64,000 nt of DNA from Eledone cirrhosa (Eukaryota): positions 165,292,001 through 165,356,000 of the forward strand of contig OZ024742.1 in assembly GCA_964016885.1 (NCBI GenBank), read 5' to 3'. Within the stretch, counting starts at the first letter, position 1, and each line of letters begins with the position of its first letter. Below the pieces are notes generated by a model, which was given only the letters and a program-made list of their open reading frames with translations, searched no databases and was not told the origin of the DNA. Below, one piece after another: positions 12,030 to 24,200 of the stretch. A program made the translations under genes and the position numbers.

Positions 12030-12900
12030 TATCTCCCCCTGATTTTTTTTACAAATTATCTCCCCCTGATTTTTTTTACAAATTATCTCCCCCTGATTTT
12101 TTTACAAATTATCTCCCCCCTGATTTTTTTTACAATCTCCGCCTGATTTTTTTAAAAATTATCTTCCCTTGGCTGGCGGGAAATTATCTCCCCTTGGACG
12201 GCTGGAAATTATATCCCCTTGGAAGGATGGAAATTATCTCCCCTTGGACGGCTGGAAATTATCTCCCCTTGGACGGCTGGAAATTACCTCCCCTTGGACA
12301 GCTGGAAATTATCTGCCCTTGATTTTGTTTTTACAAATTATCTCCCCCTGATTTTTTTTACAAATTATCTCCACCTGATTTTTTAAAAAATTATCTCCCC
12401 TTGGACGGCTGGAAATTATCTCCCCTTGGACGGCTGGAAATTATCTCCCCTTGATTTTTTTTACAAATTATCTCCCCCTGATTTTTTTTTACAAATTATC
12501 TCCCCCTGATTTTTTTTACAAATTATCTCCCCCTGATTTTTTTTTACAAATTATTTCCCCCTGATTTTTTTACAAATTATCTCCCCCCTGATTTTTTTTA
12601 CAATCTCCGCCTGATTTTTTTAAAAATTATCTTCCCTTGGCTGGCGGGAAATTATCTCCCCTTGGACGGCTGGAAATTATATCCCCTTGGAAGGATGGAA
12701 ATTATCTCCCCTTGGACGGCTGGAAATTATCTCCCCTTGGACGGCTGGAAATTATCTCCCCTTGGACAGCTGGAAATTATCTGCCCTTGATTTTGTTTTT
12801 ACAAATTATCTCCCCCTGATTTTTTTTACAAATTATCTCCACCTGATTTTTTAAAAAATTATCTCCCCTTGGACGGCTGGAAATTATCTCCCCTTGATTT
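12030..12900 (+). repeat. Local diverged 468-bp duplication of the GGCGGG/GGAAGGATGG cassette module (boundaries approximate)
   Basis: ORF pair 12169/12637. The same 468-bp pair is propagated at 39982/40450, 48109/48577, 53193/53661, 57885/58353 and 62969/63437. Confidence 0.85.
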
Positions 12901-15900
12901 TTTTTACAAATTATCTCCCCCTGATTTTTTTTTACAAATTATCTCCCCCTGATTTTTTTTACAAATTATCTCCCCCTGATTTTTTTTTACAAATTATCTC
13001 ACCCTGATTTTTTTTACAAATTATCTCTCCCTGATTTTTTTACAAATTATCTCCCCTTGGCTGGCTGGAAATTATCTCCCCTTGGAGGCTGGAATTTATC
13101 TCCCCTTGGACGGCTAGAAATTACCTCTCCTTGGACGGCTGGAAAATATGTCTCCTTGGACGGCTGGATATTATCTACCCTTGGACGGCTGGAAATTATC
13201 TCCCCTTGGACGGCTGGAAATTATCTCCTCTTGGACGGCTAGATATTACCTCCCCTTGGACGGCTGGAAATTATCTCCCCTTGATTTTTTTACAAATTAT
13301 CTCCCCCTGATTTTTTTACAAATTATCTCCCCCTGATTTTTTTTACAAATTATCTCCGCCTAATTTTTTTAAATATTATCTTCCCTTGGCTGGCGGGAAA
13401 TTATCTCCCCTTGGACGGCTGAAAATTATCTCCCCTTGGACGGCTGGAAATTATCTCCCCTTGATTTTTTTTACAAATTATCTCCCCCTGATTTTTTTTT
13501 ACAAATTATCTCCCCCTGATTTTTTTTTACAAATTATCTCCCCCTGATTTTTTTTTACAAATTATCTCCCCCTGATATTTTTTACAAATTATCTCCCCCT
13601 GATTTTTTTACAAATTATCTCCCCTTGGCTGGCTGGAAATTATCTCCCCTTGGAGGCTGGAATTTATCTCCCCTTGGACGGCTAGAAATTACCTCGCCTT
13701 GGATGGCTGGAAAATATGTCTCCTTGGACGGCTGGAAATTATCTCCCCTTGGACGGCTGGAAATTATCTCCCCTTGGACAGCTGGAAATTATCTCCCCTT
13801 GGACGGCTAGATATTACCTCCCCTTGGACGGCTGGAAATTATCTCCCCTTGATTTTTTTTACAAATTATCTCCCCCTGATTTTTTTTTACAAATTATCTC
13901 CCCCTGATTTTTTTTTACGAATTATCTCCCCCCGATTTTTTTTTACAAATTATCTCCGCCTGATTTTTTTTTAAAAATTATCTCCCCTTGAACGGCTGGA
14001 AATTATCTCCCCTTGGACGGCTGGAAATTATCTCCCCTTGGACGGCTAGAAATTACCTCTCCTTGGACGGCTGAAAATTATCTCCCCTTGGACGGCTGCA
14101 AATTATCTCCCCTTGATTTTTTAACAAATTATCTCCCCCTGATTTTTTTTTACAAATTATCTCCCCCTGATTTTTTTTTACAAATTATCTCCCCCTGATT
14201 TTTTTTTACAAATTATCTCCCCCTGATTTTTTTACAAATTATCTCCCCCTGATTTTTTTTACAATCTCCGCCTGATTTTTTAAAAAATTATCTTCCCTTG
14301 GCTGGCGGGAAATTATCTCCCCTTGGACGGCTGGAAATTATCTCCCCTTGGACGGCTGGAAATTATCTCCCCTTGGACAGCTGGAAATTATCTGCCCTTG
14401 ATTTTGTTTTTACAAATTATCTCCCCCTGATTTTTTTTACAAATTATCTCCACCTGATTTTTTAAAAAATTATCTCCCCTTGGACGGCTGGAAATTATCT
14501 CCCCTTGATTTTTTTACAAATTATCTCCCCCTGATTTTTTTTACAAATTATCTCCCCCTGATTTTATGTTACAAATTATCTCCCCCTGATTTTTTTACAA
14601 ATTATCTCCCCCTGATTTTTTTTACAAATTATCTCCGCCTGATTTTTTTAAATATTATCTTCCCTTGGCTGGCGGGAAATTATCTCCCCTTGGACGGCTG
14701 GAAATTATCTCCCCTTGATTTTTTTTACAAATTATCTCCCCCTGATTTTTTTTTACAAATTATCTCCCCCTGATTTTTTTTTACAAATTATCTCCCCCTG
14801 ATTTTTTTTTACAAATTATCTCCCCCTGATTTTTTTTTACAAATCTCCCCCTGATTTTTTTATAAATTATCTCCCCTTGGCTGGCTGGAAATTATCTCCC
14901 CTTGGAGGCTGGAATTTATCTCCCCTTGGACGGCTAGAAATTACCTCTCCTTGGATGGCTGGAAAATATGTCTCCTTGGACGGCTGGATATTATCTACCC
15001 TTGGACGGCTGGAAATTATCTCCCCTTGGACGGCTGGAAATTATCTCCCCTTGGACGGCTAGATATTACCTCCCATTGGACGGCTGGAAATTATCTCCCC
15101 TTGATTTTTTTTACAAATTATCTCCCCCTGATTTTTTTTTACGAATTATCTCCCCCTGATTTTTTTTTACAAATTATCTCCGCCTGATTTTTTTTTTAAA
15201 ATTATCTCCCCTTGAACGGCTGGAAATTATCTCCCCTTGGACGGCTGGAAATTATCTCCCCTTGGACGGCTAGAAATTACCTCTCCTTGGACGGCTGAAA
15301 ATTATCTCCCCTTGGACGGCTGCAAATTATCTCCCCTTGATTTTTTTAACAAATTATCTCCCCCTGATTTTTATTTACAAATTATCTCCCCCTGATTTTT
15401 TTTACAAATTATCTACGCCTAATTTTTTTTACAAATTATCTCCCCCTGATTTTTTTTTACAAATTATCTCCCCCTGATTTTTTTTACAAATTATCTCCCC
15501 TTGGCTGGCTGGAAATTATCTCCCCTTGGAGGCTGGAATTTATCTCCCCTTGGACGGTTAGAAATTACCTCTCCTTGGACTGCTGGAAAATATGTCTCCT
15601 TGGACGGCTGGAAATTATCTCCCCTTGGACGGCTGGAAATTATCTCCCCTTGGACGGCTGGAAATTATCTCTCCTCGGACGACTAGAAATTACCTCTCCT
15701 TGGACAGCTGAAAATTATCTCCCCTTGGACGGCTGGAAATTATCTCCCCTTGATTTTTTTTACAAATTATCTCCCCCTGATTTATTTTACAAATTATCTC
15801 CCCCTGATTTTTTTTTACAAATTATCTCCCCCTGATTTTTTTTACAAATTATCTCCCCCTGATATTTTTTACAAATTATCTCCCCCTGATTTTTTTACAA

Positions 15901-18900
15901 ATTATCTCCCCTTGGCTGGCTGGAAATTATCTACCCTTGGAGGCTGGAATTTATCTCCCCTTGGACGGCTAGAAATTACCTCGCCTTGGACGGCTGGAAA
16001 ATATGTCTCCTTGGACGGCTGGAAATTATCTCCCCTTGGACGGCTGGAAATTATCTCCCCTTGGACGGCTGGAAATTATCTCCCCTTGGACGGCTAGATA
16101 TTACCTCCCCTTGGACGGCTGGAAATTATCTCCCCTTGATTTTTTTTACAAATTATCTCCCCCTGATTTTTTTTTACAAATTATCTCCCCCTGATTTTTT
16201 TTTACGAAGTATCTCCCCCTGATTTTTTTTTACAAATTATCTCCGCCTGATTTTTTTTTAAAAATTATCTCCCCTTGAACGGCTGGAAATTATCTCCCCT
16301 TGGACGGCTGGAAATTATCTCCCCTTGGACGGCTAGAAATTACCTCTCCTTGGACGGCTGAAAATTATCTCCCATTGGACGGCTGCAAATTATCTCCCCT
16401 TGATTTTTTAACAAATTATCTCCCCCTGATTTTTTTTTACAAATTATCTCCCCCTGATTTTTTTTTACAAATTATCTACGCCTAATTTTTTTTACAAATT
16501 ATCTCCCCCTGATTTTTTTTACAAATTATCTCCCCCTGATTTTTTTTACAAATTATCTCCCCCTGATTTTTTTTTACAAATTATTTCCCCCTGATTTTTT
16601 TACAAATTATCTCCCCCCTGATTTTTTTTACAATCTCCGCCTGATTTTTTTAAAAATTATCTTCCCTTGGCTGGCGGGAAATTATCTCCCCTTGGACGGC
16701 TGGAAATTATATCCCCTTGGAAGGATGGAAATTATCTCCCCTTGGACGGCTGGAAATTATCTCCCCTTGGACGGCTGGAAATTATCTCCCCTTGGACAGC
16801 TGGAAATTATCTGTCCTTGATTTTGTTTTTACAAATTATCTCCCCCTGATTTTTTTTACAAATTATCTCCACCTGATTTTTTAAAAAATTATCTCCCCTT
16901 GGACGGCTGGAAATTATCTCCCCTTGATTTTTTTTACAAATTATCTCCCCCTGATTTTTTTTTACAAATTATCTCCCCCTGATTTTTTTTTACAAATTAT
17001 CTCCCCCTGATTTTTTTTTACAAATTATCTCACCCTGATTTTTTTTACAAATTATCTCTCCCTGATTTTTTTACAAATTATCTCCCCTTGGCTGGCTGGA
17101 AATTATCTCCCCTTGGAGGCTGGAATTTATCTCCCCTTGGACGGCTAGAAATTACCTCTCCTTGGACGGCTGGAAAATATGTCTCCTTGGACGGCTGGAT
17201 ATTATCTACCCGTGGACGGCTGGAAATTATCTCCCCTTGGACGGCTGGAAATTATCTCCTCTTGGACGGCTAGATATTACCTCCCCTTGGACGGCTGGAA
17301 ATTATCTCCCCTTGATTTTTTTACAAATTATCTCCCCCTGATTTTTTTACAAATTATCTCCCCCTGATTTTTTTTACAAATTATCTCCGCCTAATTTTTT
17401 TAAATATTATCTTCCCTTGGCTGGCGGGAAATTATCTCCCCTTGGAGGCTGGAATTTATCTCCCCTTGGACGGCTAGAAATTACCTCTCCTTGGAAGGCT
17501 GGAAAATATGTCCTTGGACGGCTGGAAATTATCTCCCCTTGGACGGCTGAAAATTATCTCCCCTTGGACGGCTGGAAATTATCTCCCCCTGATTTTTTTT
17601 TACAAATTATCTCCCCCTGATTTTTTTTACAAATTATCTCCCCCTGATTTTTTTACAAATTATCTCCCCTTGGCTGGCTGGAAATTATCTCCCCTTGGAG
17701 GCTGGAATTTATCTCCCCTTGGACGGCTAGAAATTACCTCTCCTTGGAAGGCTGGAAAATATGTCCTTGGACGGCTGGATATTATCTACCCTTGGACGGC
17801 TGGAAATTATCTCCCCTTGGACGGCTGGAAATTATCTCCCCTTGGACGGCTAGATATTACCTCCCCTTGGACGGCTGAAAATTATCTCCCCTTGGACGGC
17901 TGGAAATTATCTCCCCTTGATTTTTTTTACAAATTATCTCCCCCTGATTATTTTTTACAAATTATCCCCTGATTTTTTTTTTACAAATTATCTCCCCCTG
18001 ATTTTTTTTACAAATTATCTCCCCCTGATTTTTTTACAAATTATCTCCCCTTGGCTGGCTGGAAATTATCTCCCATTGGAGGCTGGAATTTATCTCCCCT
18101 TGGACGGTTAGAAATTACCTCCCCTTGGACGGCTGGAAAATATGTCTCCTTGGACGGCTGGAAATTATCGCCCCTTGGATGGCTGGAAATTATCTCCCCT
18201 TGGACGGCTGGAAATTATCTCTCATCGGACGGCTAGAAATTACCTCTCCTTGGACAGCTGAAAATTATCTCCCCTTGGACGGCTGGAAATTATCTCCCCT
18301 TGATTTTTTTTACAAATTATCTCCCCCTGATTTTTTTTTACAAATTATCTCCCCCTGATTTTTTTTTTACAAATTATCTCCCCCTGATTTTTTTTTACAA
18401 ATTATCTCCCCCTGATATTTTTTACAAATTATCTCCCCCTGATTTTTTTACAAATTATCTCCCCTTGGCTGGCTGGAAATTATCTCCCCTTGGAGGCTTG
18501 AATTTATCTCCCCTTGGACGGCTAGAAATTACCTCGCCTTGGACGGCTGGAAAATATGTCTCCTTGGACGGCTGGAAATTATCTCCCCTTGGACGGCTGG
18601 AAATTATCTCCCCTTGGACAGCTGGAAATTATCTCCCCTTGGACGGCTAGATATTACCTCCCCTTGGACGGCTGGAAATTATCTCCCCTTGATTTTTTTT
18701 ACAAATTATCTCCCCCTGATTTTTTTTTACAAATTATCTCCCCCTGATTTTTTTTTACGAATTATCTCCCCCCGATTTTTTTTTACAAATTATCTCCGCC
18801 TGATTTTTTTTTAAAAATTATCTCCCCTTGAACGGCTGGAAATTATCTCCCCTTGGACGGCTGGAAATTATCTCCCCTTGGACGGCTAGAAATTACCTCT

Positions 18901-19479
18901 CCTTGGACGGCTGAAAATTATCTCCCCTTGGACGGCTGCAAATTATCTCCCCTTGATTTTTTAACAAATTATCTCCCCCTGATTTTTTTTTACAAATTAT
19001 CTCCCCCTGATTTTTTTTTACAAATTATCTCCCCCTGATTTTTTTTTACAAATTATCTCCCCCTGATTTTTTTTACAAATTATCTCCCCCTGATTTTTTT
19101 TACAATCTCCGCCTGATTTTTTAAAAAATTATCTTCCCTTGGCTGGCGGGAAATTATCTCCCCTTGGACGGCTGGAAATTATCTCCCCTTGGACGGCTGG
19201 AAATTATCTCCCCTTGGACGGCTAGAAATTACCTCTCCTTGGACGGCTGGAAAATATGTCCTTGGACGGCTGGATATTATCTACCCTTGGACGGCTGGAA
19301 ATTATCTCCCCTTGGACGGCTGGAAATTATCTCCCCTTGGAGGCTGGAATTTATCTCCCCTTGGACGGCTAGAAATTACCTCTCCTTGGACGGCTGGAAA
19401 ATATGTCCTTGGACGGCTGGATATTACCTCCCCTTGGACGGCTGGAAATTATCTCCCCTTGATTTTTTTTACAAATTAT

Positions 19480-20470
19480 CTCCCCCTGATTTTTTTTACA
19501 AATCTAATGATTTTTTAAAAAAAATTATCTCCCCTTCGCTGGCTGGAAATTATCTCCCCTTCGCTGGCTGGAAATTATCTCCCCTTGGACGCTGGAAATT
19601 ATAGCCCCTTGGAGGGCTGGAAATTATCTTCCCTTGGACGGCTGGAAATTATCTCCCCTTGGCTCGAAATTATCTCCCCTTGGACGGCTAGAAATTATCT
19701 CTCTTTGGACGGCTGGAAATTATCTCCCTTTGATTTTTTTTACAAATTATCTCCCCCTGATTTTTTTTACAAATCTCCCCCTGATTTTTTAAAAAAATTA
19801 TCTCCCCTTCGCTGGCTGGAAATTATCTCCCCTTGGACACTGGAAATTATAGCCCCTTGGAGGGCTGGAAATTATCTTCCCTTGGACGGCTGGAAATTAT
19901 CTCTGCTTGATTTTTTTTACAAATTATCTCCCCCTGATTTTTTTTTACAAATTATCCCCCCCGATTTTTTTTACAAATTATCTCCCCCTGATTTTTTTTA
20001 CAAATTATCTCCCCTTGGACGGCTGGAAATTATCTCCCCTTGGACGGCTGGAAATTATCTCCCCTTGGACGGCTAGAAATTACCTCTCCTTGGACGACTG
20101 AAAATTATCTCCCCTTGGACGGCTGCAAATTATCTCCCCTTGATTTTTTTTACAAATTATCTCCGCCTGATTTTTTTTTTAAAATTATCTCCCCTTGGAC
20201 GGCTGGAAATTACCTCCCCTTGGACGGCTGGAAATTATCTCCCCTTGGACGGCTAGAAATTACCTCTCATTGGACGGCTGAAAATTATCTCCCCTTGGAC
20301 GGCTGGAAATTATCTCCCCTTGATTTTTTTTTACAAATTATCTCCCCCTGATTTTTTTTTACAAATTAACTCCCCCTGATTTTTTTTTTACAAATTATCT
20401 CCGCCTGATTTTTTTTTAAAATTATCTCTCCTTGGACGGCTGGATATTATCTCCCCTTTCATTTTTTTTA
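19480..20470 (+). repeat. Diverged satellite sub-block with private monomer variants (copy 1)
   Basis: Contains AAATCTAATGA, CCCCTTCGCTGGCTGG, GGACGCTGG, ATTATAGCCCC, GGCTCGAAATT, GGACACTGG, AATTAACTCC and CCCCTTTCATTT. I saw these only here and at +8045. Confidence 0.9.
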
Positions 20471-20906
20471 CAAATTATCTCCCCCTGATTTTTTTTTACA
20501 AATTATCTCCCCCTGATTTTTTTTTACAAATTATCTACCCCTAATTTTTTTTTACAAATTATCTCCCCCTGATTTTTTTACAAATTATCTCCCCCTGATT
20601 TTTTTTACAAATTATCTCCGCCTGATTTTTTTAAATATTATCTTCTCTTGGCTGGCGGGAAATTATCTCCCCTTGGACGGCTGAAAATTATCTCCCCTTG
20701 GACGGCTGGAAATTATCTCCCCTTGGAGGCTGGAATTTATCTCCCCTTGGACGGCTAGAAATTACCTCTCCTTGGACGGCTGGAAAATATGTCCTTGGAC
20801 GGCTGGATATTATCTACCCTTGGACGGCTGGAAATTATCTCCCCTTGGACGGCTGGAAATTATCTCCCCTTGGACGGCTAGATATTACCTCCCCTTGGAC
20901 GGCTGG

Positions 20907-21260
20907 AAATTATCTCCCCTTGATTTTTTTTACAAATTATCCCCCCCTGATTTTTTTTTACAAATTATCTCCCCCTGATTTTTTTTTACAAATTATCTAC
21001 CCCTGATTTTTTTTTACAAATTATCTCCCCCTGATTTTTTTTACAAATTATCTCTCCCTGATTTTTTTTTACAAATTATCTCCCCCTGATTTTTTTTTAC
21101 AAATTATCTACCCCTGATTTTTTTTTACAAATTATCTCCCCCTGATTTTTTTTACAAATTATCTCCCCCTGATTTTTTTTACAAATTATCTCCCCCTGAT
21201 TTTTTTACAAATTATCTCCCCCCGATTTTTTTTACAAATTATCTCCGCCTAATTTTTTTA
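20907..21260 (+). repeat. Longest pure B (poly-T) run seen, 13 units; copy at about 28952-29305
   Basis: 13 consecutive core-GA-T7..9-AC type units with no GGACGG tail. Confidence 0.85.
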
Positions 21261-24200
21261 AATATTATCTTCCCTTGGCTGGCGGGAAATTATCTCCCCT
21301 TGGACGGCTGAAAATTATCTCCCCTTGGACGGCTGGAAATTATCTCCCCTTGATTTTTTTACAAATTATCTCCCCCTGATTTTTTTTTACAAATTATCTC
21401 CCTCTGATTTTTTTTAAATATTATCTTCCCTTGGCTGGCGGGAAATTATCTCCCCTTGGACGGCTGAAAATTATCTCCCCTTGGACGGCTGGAAATTATC
21501 TCCCCTTGATTTTTTTTACAAATTATCTCCCCCTGATTTTTTTTTACAAATTATCTCCCCCTGATTTTTTTTTACAAATTATCTCCCCCTGATTTTTTTT
21601 TACAAATTATCTCCCCCTGATATTTTTTACAAATTATCTCCCCCTGATTTTTTTACAAATTATCTCCCCTTGGCTGGCTGGAAATTATCTCCCCTTGGAG
21701 GCTGGAATTTATCTCCCCTTGGACGGCTAGAAATTACCTCGCCTTGGATGGCTGGAAAATATGTCTCCTTGGACGGCTGGAAATTATCTCCCCTTGGACG
21801 GCTGGAAATTATCTCCCCTTGGACAGCTGGAAATTATCTCCCCTTGGACGGCTAGATATTACCTCCCCTTGGACGGCTGGAAATTATCTCCCCTTGATTT
21901 TTTTTACAAATTATCTCCCCCTGATTTTTTTTTACAAATTATCTCCCCCTGATTTTTTTTTACGAATTATCTCCCCCCGATTTTTTTTTACAAATTATCT
22001 CCGCCTGATTTTTTTTTAAAAATTATCTCCCCTTGAACGGCTGGAAATTATCTCCCCTTGGACGGCTGGAAATTATCTCCCCTTGGACGGCTAGAAATTA
22101 CCTCTCCTTGGACGGCTGAAAATTATCTCCCCTTGGACGGCTGCAAATTATCTCCCCTTGATTTTTTAACAAATTATCTCCCCCTGATTTTTTTTTACAA
22201 ATTATCTCCCCCTGATTTTTTTTTACAAATTATCTCCCCCTGATTTTTTTTTACAAATTATCTCCCCCTGATTTTTTTACAAATTATCTCCCCCTGATTT
22301 TTTTTACAATCTCCGCCTGATTTTTTAAAAAATTATCTTCCCTTGGCTGGCGGGAAATTATCTCCCCTTGGACGGCTGGAAATTATCTCCCCTTGGACGG
22401 CTGGAAATTATCTCCCCTTGGACAGCTGGAAATTATCTGCCCTTGATTTTGTTTTTACAAATTATCTCCCCCTGATTTTTTTTACAAATTATCTCCACCT
22501 GATTTTTTAAAAAATTATCTCCCCTTGGACGGCTGGAAATTATCTCCCCTTGATTTTTTTACAAATTATCTCCCCCTGATTTTTTTTACAAATTATCTCC
22601 CCCTGATTTTATGTTACAAATTATCTCCCCCTGATTTTTTTACAAATTATCTCCCCCTGATTTTTTTTACAAATTATCTCCGCCTGATTTTTTTAAATAT
22701 TATCTTCCCTTGGCTGGCGGGAAATTATCTCCCCTTGGACGGCTGGAAATTATCTCCCCTTGATTTTTTTTACAAATTATCTCCCCCTGATTTTTTTTTA
22801 CAAATTATCTCCCCCTGATTTTTTTTTACAAATTATCTCCCCCTGATTTTTTTTTACAAATTATCTCCCCCTGATTTTTTTTTACAAATCTCCCCCTGAT
22901 TTTTTTATAAATTATCTCCCCTTGGCTGGCTGGAAATTATCTCCCCTTGGAGGCTGGAATTTATCTCCCCTTGGACGGCTAGAAATTACCTCTCCTTGGA
23001 TGGCTGGAAAATATGTCTCCTTGGACGGCTGGATATTATCTACCCTTGGACGGCTGGAAATTATCTCCCCTTGGACGGCTGGAAATTATCTCCCCTTGGA
23101 CGGCTAGATATTACCTCCCATTGGACGGCTGGAAATTATCTCCCCTTGATTTTTTTTACAAATTATCTCCCCCTGATTTTTTTTTACGAATTATCTCCCC
23201 CTGATTTTTTTTTACAAATTATCTCCGCCTGATTTTTTTTTTAAAATTATCTCCCCTTGAACGGCTGGAAATTATCTCCCCTTGGACGGCTGGAAATTAT
23301 CTCCCCTTGGACGGCTAGAAATTACCTCTCCTTGGACGGCTGAAAATTATCTCCCCTTGGACGGCTGCAAATTATCTCCCCTTGATTTTTTTAACAAATT
23401 ATCTCCCCCTGATTTTTATTTACAAATTATCTCCCCCTGATTTTTTTTACAAATTATCTACGCCTAATTTTTTTTACAAATTATCTCCCCCTGATTTTTT
23501 TTTACAAATTATCTCCCCCTGATTTTTTTTACAAATTATCTCCCCTTGGCTGGCTGGAAATTATCTCCCCTTGGAGGCTGGAATTTATCTCCCCTTGGAC
23601 GGTTAGAAATTACCTCTCCTTGGACTGCTGGAAAATATGTCTCCTTGGACGGCTGGAAATTATCTCCCCTTGGACGGCTGGAAATTATCTCCCCTTGGAC
23701 GGCTGGAAATTATCTCTCCTCGGACGACTAGAAATTACCTCTCCTTGGACAGCTGAAAATTATCTCCCCTTGGACGGCTGGAAATTATCTCCCCTTGATT
23801 TTTTTTACAAATTATCTCCCCCTGATTTATTTTACAAATTATCTCCCCCTGATTTTTTTTTACAAATTATCTCCCCCTGATTTTTTTTACAAATTATCTC
23901 CCCCTGATATTTTTTACAAATTATCTCCCCCTGATTTTTTTACAAATTATCTCCCCTTGGCTGGCTGGAAATTATCTACCCTTGGAGGCTGGAATTTATC
24001 TCCCCTTGGACGGCTAGAAATTACCTCGCCTTGGACGGCTGGAAAATATGTCTCCTTGGACGGCTGGAAATTATCTCCCCTTGGACGGCTGGAAATTATC
24101 TCCCCTTGGACGGCTGGAAATTATCTCCCCTTGGACGGCTAGATATTACCTCCCCTTGGACGGCTGGAAATTATCTCCCCTTGATTTTTTTTACAAATTA

